A stretch of DNA of 64,000 nt from Eledone cirrhosa (Eukaryota), in contig OZ024748.1 of assembly GCA_964016885.1 (NCBI GenBank), positions 58,156,001 through 58,220,000 of the forward strand, in the 5' to 3' direction. Made by a program: the position numbers and the translations under genes. Each line of letters begins with the position of its first letter. The stretch's first letter is position 1. Under the pieces are notes generated by a model, which worked only from the letters and a program-made list of their open reading frames with translations, had not been told where the DNA came from and did not search any database. Below, piece by piece: positions 1 to 15,008 of the stretch.

Positions 1-286
1 TATGTGCGTGTGTGTGTATATATATACATATTTATAATTTTCCCCTGGAGATTATTTTCCTTTGTGTCGTGTCATTTTTGTATCACATTTAATCTCCTGT
101 ATAATTTTATAGTAGAAACTTCCATATGTTCTGGCATTCACAAATATTGACTTTTCCCTTCTGCTACTGCTGATAGTTGTTATATTGTATTATGGTTTTC
201 TGTTGAAATATTGTTTGATCTGCTTAGATTTGCTTTTTTTATCTTGTTCTCTAGTAATATTTGCCTCACCATTCCTGCCAGTATAT

Positions 287-349
<63 letters not shown>

Positions 350-447
350 CCTAAACATGTGCTGGCAGGAATGGTGAGGTAAATGTTACGAAAAAATTAA
401 ATAAAATATATTATATATTATATAAAAAATCTTCGTCCAAGGGAGTT

Positions 448-532
448 TGTTTCCTGATGATTTACAAACTCGTGAATTTATCCTTGATATGATATTTCCA
501 AAAGGCGAATGAAACCTCATGGGGTAGAAACA
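448..532 (+). ncRNA. Type I hammerhead ribozyme motif
   Basis: tgtttc-CTGATGA(454-460)-50 nt poorly paired stem II-GAAA(511-514)-cctcatgggg-TA-gaaaca. Stem I is 6 bp and stem III is near-palindromic. Confidence 0.6.
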
Positions 533-544
533 TAATTTTCGTAT

Positions 545-1345
545 GCTTATATACAATTTTTCTTCTAACTTTGATTTCTACCTAATTGTGTATAGTTGAT
601 ATATTTAATCGATTTCAACATGCTATTAGAAATGCTGGGTAAATATTGACAATTATTTTTATTTTCAATAAGGAATAGCATATCGTCACGATATAAACCA
701 CCAGTCATCTCCGGTATTTTCCTATGTAAAATATTGTTAATAAAAAGGCCCACACATCCGTTAATTGCGCCGAGTCCGATAATCCCATAGTGATATCAAA
801 AGAGTTATCTCTGTCTGCTCTAGTCAAAAGGCGGTTGCTAAATTTAATTAATGTTTTACGTGCAGTTAAGATAATGTCCTTACTAGTTAAATCTGTATAT
901 TTTCATGCATATGTATGGGCTTTATTAAGTAGATAAGGAGTGATATATGAGTAATCATTAGAAATATACAATTGAATAAATTTATTGTTATGCTTATATT
1001 TAATGTCCTTAAACCAGTCAATAACTTCAATAGTCCAATTCGATAATTTTAAATAAGATATTTCCTTAAGTTGTGGTATGATTCTATCTAAAATATTCTT
1101 GCTAAGTATGCAAAGGTCCGATTTACATGGTGCAATCAATCTAACTGGTAATTCAATTTCAAAATTTATTTTATGGTCCTTCATATTAATTTTTGGTTTC
1201 CTAGGTATGAAAGGTTGAGTGCTATTTTCGATGGCTAATTCTTGCATTATATAAGAAGCTTCAGTATTTAGTTTTTCAAGGTCATCATTGGTTGCTCTTT
1301 TGTAATTCTTCCTTAATTCCTTGCATACTCAATCATAATTTTCTA
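545..1345 (-). mobile_element. Decayed Penelope-like element reverse transcriptase fragment (frameshifted)
   Basis: Minus-strand translation gives RLIAPCKSDLCILSKNILDRI...VIDWFKDIK...FIQLYIS..YSYITPYLLNKA (903-1247). It continues FDITMGLSDSAQLTD (around 755-800), then a frameshift, then VGLFI...GLYRDDML (YRDD catalytic motif). This motif order is typical of PLE RTs; resemblance to the Naiad-like subgroup is inference. Confidence 0.85.
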
Positions 1346-1437
1346 TCACCCTCAATATCTCCACTATCAAGGAAGCTCCAACCGTTAAGGTAGTCTTTTT
1401 TCGGGGTATGTCAATATTTATTTATGAAACAAATCTG

Positions 1438-1503
1438 TATTTTATCTGAGGAAAGCGCACCATAATTTGCCTTGGTGGCCCTTGAAATATGTATAATAAA
1501 ATA
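1438..1503 (+). ncRNA. Type I hammerhead ribozyme motif (candidate inverted pLTR of the adjacent PLE)
   Basis: tattttat-CTGAGGA(1446-1452)-aag..cacca/tggtg..ctt-GAAA(1484-1487)-tatgta-TA-ataaaata. Stem I is 8 bp, with AATAAA overlapping its 3' end and a (TA)n array about 40 nt later. Confidence 0.7.
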
Positions 1504-1542
1504 AATATGGTTTTATACATATAGTTTCCATTTATTAATATA

Positions 1543-4185
<2,643 letters not shown>

Positions 4186-4320
4186 TAATAATAATAAAAT
4201 TGAAGACTAAAATCCAAAGAGGGCTCGATAAGGAAAATATATATCAAATATATAAGAACCGTAGAGCAAATATTTATTAAAATAACAGGTTCGCTGGCAA
4301 AGAACGGGAAATAACGAATA
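4186..4320 (+). repeat. Interspersed repeat, internally deleted copy of 28546-28830
   Basis: gtaataataataaa.ttgaagactaaaatccaaagagggctcgataagg...gttcgctggc.aagaacggga is shared; both copies start directly at a (TA)n array. Confidence 0.85.
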
Positions 4321-4351
4321 AATATATATTTATATATATATATATATATTC

Positions 4352-4382
<31 letters not shown>

Positions 4383-4628
4383 CATATGTATTTATATATC
4401 TATATTTATATATGTATATAACGTATAAATTGGATTATACTAAGATATATCCTAATGTTTGTTGAGTGAGACGGAAGTCAGTCGGAGTATTGCTTAAAGC
4501 TTTCTCTCTTAATGTATTAAATAATTATATATTTATATATGTGTATATACATTTATATATGTATATATATATTTATAAATGTTTATATATATTTATATAT
4601 GTATATATATATTTATATACGTATATAT

Positions 4629-5189
4629 ATCAACTAGAAATAGATTGACATATATATATATCTAAAATAATCATATGAAACAATCACAGGGAATAATTTG
4701 TAAAAGTGTGTAACCACACACAGCCAGGTAGGTAACTAATTAATGTTTAACTAGAACTTTAAAAATCGATACCTAATAAATTGATTAATCTTCCTTGTAT
4801 ATATTTCATTAAAGAAATATATTTCATCATTAATCAATCGGTAAATCACAGTAGCCAAATCCCGCATTTTCAACAAGGGAGAAGATCTAACTATCTGTGT
4901 TTATACAGCAAATACAAATCTGAGAATGACTAGCAGCACGTGTTGCATTTTTCAAATATAAACACATCGTACCAGTTTCATCCCAGTAGCGTGAATAGGG
5001 TTATCGACAACTAGAAATAGCAGCCGAGTCCTTTCAACTGAGTTACCTCTACAATTAAGGGGCCGTGTATATATCCAAAATTAAATTAAAGGTGTCATGT
5101 CAGAGAGACATGCGCCATATCCACCGTAGAATATGCTCCAAGATTCCAATGAATAGATCCGCGCATTTTATATCAACTAGAAATAGATT

Positions 5190-5238
<49 letters not shown>

Positions 5239-5445
5239 AACATATGAAACAATCACAGGGAATAATTTGTAAAAGTGTGTAAGCGCACATAGCCGGGTAG
5301 GTAACTAATGAAAGTTTAACTAGAACTTTAAATATAGATACCTTATGAATTGATTATTCTTCCTTGTATATATTTCATTAAAGAAATATATTTCACCATT
5401 AATCGATCGGTAAACAACAGTAACAAAATCCCGGATTTTCAACAG
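4629..5445 (+). repeat. Two direct copies (4629-4878, 5172-5445) of an unclassified ~250 bp repeat; third inverted copy at about 28225-28443
   Basis: Shared atcaactagaaatagattgaca(TA)n...catatgaaacaatcacagggaataatttgtaaaagtgtgtaa...tcttccttgtatatatttcattaaagaaatatatttca. Confidence 0.85.
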
Positions 5446-6299
5446 GAAGAATTTTATGGGATAGGTGATTAACATTTTTTTGTTATTATTATTTAAACCA
5501 AGGTAAACATTATTCGGGCCTTCACTCACAGCATTCCAACCTCAAAGGGATTCCTATTTTGATTATTTCATTTGTTCTTTTTATCGACTGTCTGTACTGC
5601 TAATTAATCCAATGTTGCTATTTTGGCTGCTATTTCTAGGAAGGTTAATTGCCATGTAGACGTTCCCTCGGTATCTCCAGCTTTATTGATGTTGATGCTA
5701 TCGTTAATTAGTTTAGCGTTTTGTAACGTTAAACTGTGAGACAAATCCCGGCCATTGAAAGTTAAATATAAAACCTTGTAAAGCTTAAGTAAGGTTACAG
5801 CAATAACGACGTTAATAATAAGAATATATGTTTAATAAAGAAAAGAAGCGATATGTAATCAAATATAAGAAGGGGAAAGAAAGAACCTAAGAGATGTTTT
5901 ACTACTACTACTATTATTAATACTACTACTACTACTATTAATACTACTACTACTAATATTACTACGACTGCTGCTACTATTACTACTACTACTATTACTA
6001 CTAGTGTTGCTTCGGCTATTTCTAGTGCTGCGGCTACTACTACTACTGATGACGCTCACGGTCCTGTTGATTGCGACATGCAGTGGTTTCGATACTGTGA
6101 AGCCCGCTTATAAGTGATATGATCATGATGATGATGCTAGTCATGGTGATAATGATTACGATAGGCCTATTGATAATCACTTGATGTTATCGATGATAAT
6201 GATGTAGGTTAAGATGGCGATTGTCCACTTGTATTGATTATGAATTACACATCTTGCCACAAATTGCTGTCCTTGAGCCTCTATTAGAAAAAAAAAAAA

Positions 6300-6473
6300 G
6301 TATCGGTAGAGGGTCGCACGCCATGATTTACAGCGTAGTTATGGCCCTTTACGGTCTGGGTTCAAATCCCGCCGAGGTTAACTTTGCCTTTCATTCTTAC
6401 GCAGTCGATAAAATAAAGTACCAGTAATGAACTGGTTATTTGCTGGCCTTGTGCCAAATGTAGAAATCATTAT
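6300..6473 (+). mobile_element. tRNA-derived SINE (family S1), 5'-truncated
   Basis: B box GTTCAAATCC, central gaggttaactttgcctttcat...gtcgataaaataaagtaccag, tail gctggccttgtgccaaa.gtagaaa. Confidence 0.85.
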
Positions 6474-7491
6474 TAAGAAATCAGTGGTTCTGTTGTTGTT
6501 ATTTTTAGTATTGTTATTATTCTGTCAAGGAAGATGGGGAGGAAAAGTGAGAGCGACGTTAACAAAGGTGATCATAAACTGGATGACAACATAAAAGGAA
6601 AAGAAAAACAAAATATAAAGAAAGTTCAGCTCTGGGAGGAAAATAGATGGAGGGGGGGGGGGTCATAGAGAAAGAGAATGAGAATAGTAAGGGAGAGAAA
6701 GAGGGACTGAGAGAGATAGAGAGACTGATAGATTCAAAGAGGAAGGAATAGATAGATTGTAGAAAGTTATGTGAAGCGGGATGGAATGAGAAAAGAGAGG
6801 TTAATTAAGAGAAAAATGAAAAAAAATAATTTAGCTCAGGGAATAAAGGAGTTAGGGGTGGGGTCGATAGAGAGAGAAATACATAGTAATGAGAAGATAA
6901 GGGAAAGAAAGAGAATGAGTGATTGAGAGAGAGAGATAGACTAAGATAGATTAAGATAGACTCGAAGATGAAAGAATAGGAAGATTGTGAGAAAGTTATG
7001 TGAAGCCGGATAGAATGAGAAAAGTAGAGATTAATGAAAAACGAGCCACAGACATAAACAAAGAGTTCTAGAGGATTTTGAGATACAATAATAATAATAC
7101 TGCAGAGTGGGATGTAGACATTTGAGTGGGACAGAAACAAAAAGAAAATATAATGAAGACTAACACATCAAACCGGTCTCTTTTATTGATTTTGTTGTTG
7201 TTATTGCTGTATTTTCTTTTTTAATTCGTTGTAGCTTTAATCTTTGACGTAAAGCGAGGGTGGCTGAGACATTTGCTGCTGTTGTTTATTTATATATAAC
7301 TAAGCCTGATCGATTAGAAGTATGCTCCATGATCAAAAGCATTCTACATTTGACCATCTCATACAAAACTGTTTAAGTCAAACGTTGTGTTTGTTTAATT
7401 TCACCGTTATATTCCCTGAGTTCGACCAATTACAGATATCCTTTAGATCGTACTAAACTATTAAAATAGGAGAGACGCAGCATGCAGGGAA

Positions 7492-7800
7492 ATGTTCTCT
7501 AGAGGCTACTTGATGCATTCTGTGATAGATGCAAGTTTCGTTGCCGGACAAGGGGAAAATTACAGGCAGTCGAAATATCAGCGCGTCTCCGATACGTTTG
7601 TCTTTGAACTTGTAGCAGTGGAGATTTCCGGCGTTTTGGATCCCAAGATCAACTCCCTAATCAATAATGTCGGGGTGGAATTGGCCAGCATCTGGAGTGA
7701 ACCACGTGAGTTAGAACGTCTATTCCAATGCATCTCCTTTGCCATTCTCAGGGGCAACGCTTTCTCCTTCTTTTCTGCTGGGACTACGAGGTAACCAACG
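7492..7800 (+). mobile_element. C-terminal remnant of a restriction-like-endonuclease (CRE/NeSL-type) non-LTR retrotransposon
   Basis: ENYRQSKYQRV..FVFELVAVEISGVL...EPRELERLFQCISFAILRGNA matches the E..K..KY / AVET.G / LFQR.S.AI.RGNA pattern of CRE-type C-termini. Confidence 0.7.
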
Positions 7801-8141
7801 CATGGAGTCGTTCACGACAGAGAATATTCCCCAACGCAGTTCGAGGCCTTATATTTGCGGTAGCGATATTTAAGCAAACGTTGGAGATTTAAAGGAACAC
7901 TAGTAACACATTCTTATGTGCATGGAGCAAAGTTGGTTGAGAGAGAGCAGATAAACAGTAGTCTACGTGCTTATAAAGAAGTTTGTTTTCAATGACGTGT
8001 AAGTTTGGTTTTAAAGAGAAGGATGGTGTGAGATCGGATGGCTTTTATATCATCATCATGTTTACCATCATCATCTTCGTTTATTTCTTCTATATTTAGT
8101 TGTCCTTTGCTTTTCTAGTCACAGCAGTTACGTACACATTG

Positions 8142-8190
<49 letters not shown>

Positions 8191-8198
<8 letters not shown>

Positions 8199-8409
8199 TA
8201 TCGCCGTATTTTGACTAAAGAAATTAAAGAAATTATTTAACCTGATAGTGAGGTTAAGAACCCTCGGAGAAAATGGAAAAAGATGAGTATTGACGTACAT
8301 GTATGTCAATACTCATCTTTTTTCCATTTACTACGAGGGTTCTTAACCCCACTATCAGGCTAAATAATTTCTTTAATTTCTTTAGGCAAAATACGGCGAT
8401 AGTTTACAT
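8191..8409. repeat. Spacerless palindrome, about 109 bp arms, abutting (TA)n
   Basis: atgtaaactatcgccgtattttg...gagtattgacgtaca|tgtatgtcaatactc...caaaatacggcgatagtttacat. Confidence 0.95.
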
Positions 8410-9248
8410 TTATAATAATATCAAACCCGCTCGCTGTTTCGAAAAATATTCTTACTTGATATATATATATATATGGTTAAGAATTGTGGTCTGAAATTTC
8501 CAGACTCGTCTCAAGTATTTGTTCGAAACGACATGAGCTCAGCCATCAGGCCATGCCTCTCTACTATATTTACACTCTACCATCCGAAGTATCGAGTATT
8601 CCGATGAATAATAATCTTATTTGTTTCAACTGGTACATTTCTGAAACACACACACACACACACACACACACATGAATATATATATATCATTAGATGCACT
8701 CAAAATGGTTTAATCAAATTCAGTCGACGGCAATAGAATACAGGCAATGAAATGGAACATGAATGCACATTAAGAATTATATATGAAGAAAGTTGCGACC
8801 GATCTCAACCCGTGTTAAATATTTGCCTCGTTATAAATTGCTTTCTTACATTCTACAAAAGGCATTTTTTTTCCTGTATTAACCGTTCATGCGGCAAAAT
8901 GATTCCGTGCGATACAAAAATTGAACGTCATTGTTCATTGCGTTTCATAATTGGGAACAGAACAAAGCTAAATAAATGCAGGAACATTCGATTATGCCTC
9001 CAGCGTCCCATATGTGATTTATTCTGTTTCAATCCATCTTTCAACACACTCATGTATATAGCGGTTATTAATAAAACTTATAAATGGAGCAATATAATAT
9101 ATATATATATATATATATGTAGGAGGTGAGTTTTATTGTAGTACAATAAAGCAATGCAGATATCGAATAAGTAACACTCTACAGTTTGTAGGACTGGAGT
9201 ATAAATAATATATAAGATCAAATGGAACTCTTTTAACCATCTTTTGAT

Positions 9249-9290
<42 letters not shown>

Positions 9291-10142
9291 TCACAAGCTC
9301 CCTACCGACAACTGACGTTTCAGACCAGTTCCTGAACACGGAAGAGCCTAACTCCCACTGTCATCGTCTCCATCTCTCACCATCTCCATCTCTCTGTATT
9401 ATGAGCAGATGGGGTTCCGCGTGTTGGTCGCCCCACGGCCCCGGCAGAGAGAATGGAGAAGGCGTTTACCCGGAGGGATGTATGTATGTGTGTGTGTGTG
9501 TGCATGAGTGCGTGTGTGTGTGTATGTATGTATGTATCTGTGTGTGTATGACCCCTTAGCCTTTGTCAAGGCAGAATTCTAGAAGGAAAACTCTGATATA
9601 ACACATGCAACGCTGATGGTATCCAATGTTGACTTGTTTTTCTTTTTGGTAAATATCATCTTGGTTAAGAGAGTGGGACTGGCTTTGTGCAGTGCCTTTG
9701 GTCACTATAAAAGCTTCACGGCACAGGCATTGCTTTATATCTGGAGATCTCTCTGCACTTGTCATCACATGGTACCATGGGCCCAGCACTATGTGTCAAT
9801 AATTGTCACAGCTGTAGTGTTTGTAGCAGAGTTTTCAAGTCGCTGGCTGGACTAAAATGTTACACTCGTTCAGCGCATCGGTAGGGATTCACCTACATGG
9901 ATATAAAGTAGTGGCCGTACTCGAAAACGAGTTGGCAGCCACCATGTGTGTATGTATGTATGCATTTAACGCCCGAGGGAGTCTTAGAGCCACCGTATTT
10001 AAATGCGGCGTTTCTATGGCATTTTAACCTGACAGAGCCCATCTCCTCTCCAGGTTTGAATTCAGCAGATTCTTTCCAGAGAAGGATAGAATGTTAAGGA
10101 ATGGAAGTGAGAATGAGATATAGACGACGAACCGACAAGGGT

Positions 10143-10294
10143 AGACTGATACTTATTTTTTTTATAAAGTGATACTTTTTTATCGACGGCATTTGAATGA
10201 AAGGCAAATTTGAACTCAGAGAGCAGAAAGATGATATGAATATCGCAAAGCATTCGATCCTTAGTTCTAACGACTTTGCCAATTCGCCGCCTTA
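10143..10294 (-). mobile_element. SINE S1-related, diverged
   Basis: tttatcgac...gaatgaaaggcaaatttgaactcaga...gccaattcgccgcctta. Confidence 0.7.
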
Positions 10295-10495
10295 TAGTAA
10301 TATATAGACGCCTAAATATGCTGACGTGCCAGGCATGCCTGTTAACTCATATCATGTTTGGGACAAAGGAATGTAACTACATATAAATAGAGAATATCTC
10401 TTTTTATATATCACAGTTCGATTTTTTTGTTTTTTTTTGTTTTTTTTTTGTTTTTTTGTGGGTTCTTTTGGCATTGTTTACAGGGGCGTGCACAA

Positions 10496-10529
<34 letters not shown>

Positions 10530-10667
10530 ACGCACACACACACACGTAGACAGAGAGACAAACCCATACACAAAAATACAAGCATCTTCATTTTGAGTTT
10601 ATATTTCAGCGGCCATAGCTAAGAAGACGTTGTTTTGCATCACTCTTTTTGACTTCTTTATTCTTGA

Positions 10668-10728
<61 letters not shown>

Positions 10729-10729
10729 T

Positions 10730-10849
10730 AAAACAGGGAGAAAGAGACGATTATTAGGAAGAAAAAATAATTATATTTACAAGAAAAAAGACAGACAAAA
10801 AAGGAAAAAAATATTTTATTCTTCCTAATAATCGTCTCTTTCTCCCTGT

Positions 10850-10852
<3 letters not shown>
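10730..10852. repeat. 34 bp perfect inverted repeat between two (TA)n arrays
   Basis: aaaacagggagaaagagacgattattaggaagaa (10730-10763) and its reverse complement (10819-10852). Confidence 0.95.
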
Positions 10853-10911
<59 letters not shown>

Positions 10912-11233
10912 TCCTAACTCGTGTGCTTCCTCTCCACATTTTATTATTATTATTATTATATATATATATATTTATATATATATATCAAAGGTATATATTG
11001 AGTTAGAAACTCAAAATAGTCTCTTACAATAAATTAGCTCTAGGAAAGAGATTTTTCTGAGCCGTATAATATAACTGAACAATAAAGAAAAACGAACACA
11101 GATATATACATATATGTGTTCAAATCGTAAGGGACCAGATTCGCTAAGTTCAGATACCGTATGCGCTGTTATATATAGGCACACTCTTCAGTTTTTTAAT
11201 ATACTTAGAAGTAACCAGGATACTAATAATTCT

Positions 11234-11313
11234 TCACCCGCTGATGAGCAAAAATTGGTATTCCTCTTCACAATTAATAATGCGAAACAGTATTATCAAA
11301 GCTCTCCGGGTGA
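11234..11313 (+). ncRNA. Type I hammerhead ribozyme motif
   Basis: tcacccg-CTGATGA(11241-11247)-gca..aattg/caatt..tgc-GAAA(11284-11287)-cag...ctc-TC-cgggtga. Stem I is 7 bp and stem III has one mismatch. Confidence 0.8.
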
Positions 11314-11478
11314 TTGGTAGTTACCACAATTCCGGTTTTTATTTACTTTCTTGATTTATTCTTAAATTGAGTCTGGCAAACCCTATTGTTTATAGTTAGT
11401 ATTATTTTCACATTAGCGAATCTTACGATTTGAACACATATATGTATATGTCTGTATTCGTTTTTATTTTTTGTTCAG

Positions 11479-11522
<44 letters not shown>

Positions 11523-12047
11523 ATATAGGTGATAATATTCAACCACTCCCAGACACGAGTCTACATGTTAAAACATATCTCAAGAGCTTCCCTTTCCAGA
11601 GTGAGGTTCAATCATTAATAGATCATTCCTCGAGCAGATCGACAGTGAAACATATGTAATATGTAATTATGTATAAGGTACATCAATGATTCTCTGTTCC
11701 CTTACATATTAATACTATATATATATATATATATATATATACGGAAAAAATGAAACGAAATTTCATTTCTCACTCTTAGTAAGGCTGTTACTTAAATATA
11801 AGTATGTATACGTACATACATATATGTATACAAACGTACAGTAGTATGTATATATATATATACATACATGCACAGATATATATATCTGTACGTACGGCTT
11901 AATTCGGGTTGGTTGTTTACAAGCACACCGAGCATTATAATAAATGTTCGAGGAATCCATACGTACATATATACATGTGAGCATGTATGTATATATATAT
12001 ACATATAACTGTACGTCTGTATACATATATTTATGTACGTATACATA

Positions 12048-12083
<36 letters not shown>

Positions 12084-12911
12084 TACATACGTGACTGTGT
12101 GTATGTCCATATAAATATATAATATATGTAAATAAATGTGGGGGCTGTAAATACGTGTGTGTCTATGTATGTATGAGTATGTGTGTGTAAAGGCGTGATG
12201 TCTAGTTATAAGGGAATTTGTCTTACGATCATAAACTTTTTTTCCCCCCTCTGTGCAAATCATTTCAATTCATGTTGCTCCGTTATACTTGATTGAAAAT
12301 TAGTATTTGCCAAAGCTACTACTACTATCACTATCACTACAACCACATTATCACATTGACTGTATTTCTTTTGTTCTTGTCCTTTATTGCCAGGCCTGGT
12401 CGATAAATATTGTGATGAAACACGATGCATGGTCGAACATCCAGTCTACTTTTTTGAACAAAATATGTTTTCAGCCAGAGGTAAAAGGGAAAAGCACTTG
12501 CTCTAGGAGGGGAGGGTTCTTTTCTGGAGTCAGTCTGCGGTTCATCTCTCCAGAGAGTTTATTAACATTGATATTTTACTGAATTTGGCTGCTATTTCTA
12601 AAATGACTGAAGATGAACACGTGCTGGCTTCTCCGTTCTGTTTCATTGTTACTACTATTACTATTACTATTAACGCCGCCATCATCGCTGTTACTACTGC
12701 TACTTCTACCATAGTACTAGTAATGCAACTTGTAATATTGCTGCTACTACTACTATTACTAACACTACCATCATCACCACTGCTTCTACTAACACCAATA
12801 CCACCCCCACCACTATCACCACCTCTACTACTACTACTAGTACTAATACTACTACTACTAGTAATGACAGTGATTGTTGTGATAACTGTGATGGTATTGT
12901 CTATAGACGTT

Positions 12912-13046
12912 GTTGCATCTGCTGCTGACATTGCTGCTGTTGCATCTGCTGCTGATATTGCCGCTGTTGCATCTGCTGCTGACATTGCTGCTGTTGCATC
13001 TGCTGCTGACATTGCTGCTGTTGCATCTGCTGCTGATATTGCCGCA
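12912..13046. repeat. 27 bp minisatellite, about 5 copies
   Basis: Unit gttgcatctgctgctga(c/t)attgc(t/c)gct. Confidence 0.95.
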
Positions 13047-13124
13047 GCTGCCTTTCGCAAGTCATTTTCTGGTGCAGTTAAACTTTACTTTGCGCTTTTG
13101 TTATTCTTGTGTCTGCATATAGTG

Positions 13125-13840
13125 CAGTAGTAGTGGTGGTGGTGGTGGTAGTAATAGTGGTAGTAGTGGTGGTAATAGTAGTGCCGGTGGTAGTGGTGGT
13201 GGTAGTAGTAATGGTAGTGGTGGTGGTAGTAGTAATGGTAGTGGTGGTGGTGGTAGTAATAGTGGTGGTGGTGGTGGTGGCGGTGGTGTAATAGAGGTGG
13301 TGGTGGTGCTGGTAGTAATAGTGGTGGCGGTGGTGGTGGTGGTAGTAATACTGATAGTATTAATAGTATTAATGGTGGTGGTAGTGGTGGTAGTAGTAAT
13401 AGTAGTGGTGGTGGTGGTGTTAGTAATAGTGGTGGTGGTAGTAATAGTAGTAATGGTGGTGGTGGTGGTGTTTAGTAATAGTGGCCGTATTGATGCCGCT
13501 GTGGTTGTAATAATTGTCATCATAGCTGCTGGTGTTTCAAGGAATAGTTGTGGCAGTAGTAGTAGTAGGAGTAGTGCTGCTGCTGATAGTGCTGGCGATT
13601 GTTGTAATAGTTGTGGTGGTGGTGGTGGTGGTGGTGGTTGTAGTGCTGCTGTTGAGCGTGGAGATGGTAGCAATAGAAGTAGTGGTGTTGTTAGTGTGGA
13701 TAGCGGTGGTGCAGTTAGTTGTAATAGTTGTGGTGGTGGTGGTGGTGGTTGTAGTGCTGCTGTTAAGCGTGGAGATGGTAGCAATAGAAGTAGTGGTGTT
13801 GTTAGTGTGGATGGCGGTGGTGCAGTTAGTTGTAATAATT
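13125..13840. repeat. (GTG/GTA)n low-complexity tract with a ~115 bp direct duplication at about 13603-13835
   Basis: Direct inspection; tgtagtgctgctgtt.agcgtggagatggtagcaatagaagtagtgg occurs twice. Confidence 0.9.
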
Positions 13841-13903
13841 GTGGCTGGTGGTACTATTGGTGATGGTAGTGTTTGTAGGAACAGTTGTTGTGGTGGTGGA
13901 GGT

Positions 13904-14656
13904 GGTGGTGCTGGGGTTGTTCGTTGTAGTTAGTCGCTGTGGTGTTGCTGGTGGTGCTGGGGTTGTTCGTTGTAGTTAGTCGCTGTGGTGTTGCTGGTGG
14001 TGCTGGGGTTGTTCGTTGTAGTTAGTCGTTGTGGTGTTGCTGGTGGTGCTGGGGTTGTTCGTTGTAGTTAGTCGTTGTGGTGTTGCTGGTGGTGCTGGGG
14101 TTGTTCGTTGTAGTTAGTCGCTGTGGTGTTGCTGGTGGTGCTGGGGTTGTTCGTTGTAGTTAGTCGCTGTGGTGTTGCTGGTGGTGCTGGGGTTGTTCGT
14201 TGTAGTTAGTCGCTGTGGTGTTGCTGGTGGTGCTGGGGTTGTTCGTTGTAGTTAGTCGCTGTGGTGTTGCTGGTGGTGCTGGGGTTGTTCGTTGTAGTTA
14301 GTCGTTGTGGTGTTGCTGGTGGTGCTGGGGTTGTTCGTTGTAGTTAGTCGTTGTGGTGTTGCTGGTGGTGCTGGGGTTGTTCGTTGTAGTTAGTCGCTGT
14401 GGTGTTGCTGGTGGTGCTGGGGTTGTTCGTTGTAGTTAGTCGCTGTGGTGTTGCTGGTGGTGCTGGGGTTGTTCGTTGTAGTTAGTCGCTGTGGTGTTGC
14501 TGGTGGTGCTGGGGTTGTTCGTTGTAGTTAGTCGCTGTGGTGTTGCTGGTGGTGCTGGGGTTGTTCGTTGTAGTTAGTCGCTGTGGTGTTGCTGGTGGTG
14601 CTGGGGTTGTTCGTTGTAGTTAGTCGTTGTGGTGTTGCTGGTTGTGCTGGGGTTGT
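13904..14656. repeat. 46 bp minisatellite, 16 copies
   Basis: Unit ggtggtgctggggttgttcgttgtagttagtcg(c/t)tgtggtgttgct; period 46 (e.g. 13921 to 13967). Confidence 0.97.
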
Positions 14657-14741
14657 CACAATCGCCGTAGTGGTTTTTTAATAGTTCTGGTGGTGGTGGT
14701 GGTGGTGGTGGTGGTGGTGGTGGTGGTGGTGTTTGTATTAA

Positions 14742-14858
14742 GAATTGTTTCTACTTTAGGCACAAGGCCAGCAATTACCCAGTGCATTACTGGTACTTTA
14801 TTTTATCGACCTCGTAAGGATGAAAGGCAAAGTTAACCTCGGCGGGATTTGAACTCGG
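14742..14858 (-). mobile_element. SINE S1, 3' half
   Basis: gtttctacttt.ggcacaaggccagcaatt...ctggtactttattttatcgacc.cgtaaggatgaaaggcaaagttaacctcggcgggatttgaac. Confidence 0.85.
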
Positions 14859-15008
14859 GATGGCAAGGGCTGTATTAATAATGGCTGTTGTTGTGTTGGA
14901 GGTGGTGTTGGAGATAGTAATAGTATTCATATTTGCTAATGTTTGGTCCCATGTCAGACAGGATGGGCGACATATCGACCAAAAGCCATCCAGCTATGAT
15001 CATCTCAC

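Noticed and set aside
9305-9335. Minus-strand GAAA-cg-TC half-hammerhead; similar half motif GAAA-catatg-TA at about 11647-11658
   Set aside because: No CTGANGA or TTGANAA core and no stem I partner found upstream.
9556-9945. Moderately GC-rich stretch with short ORFs on both strands
   Set aside because: No recognisable motif; probably a transposon remnant but cannot be classified.
12542-13933. Poly-V/T/P/L/S and AADATAA-repeat ORFs resembling mucin or antifreeze proteins
   Set aside because: Explained by trinucleotide low complexity and a 27 bp minisatellite; open on both strands with no splice or domain support.
13904-14656. Regular array considered as CRISPR
   Set aside because: Units are contiguous with no unique spacers, there are no cas genes, and the context is eukaryotic.
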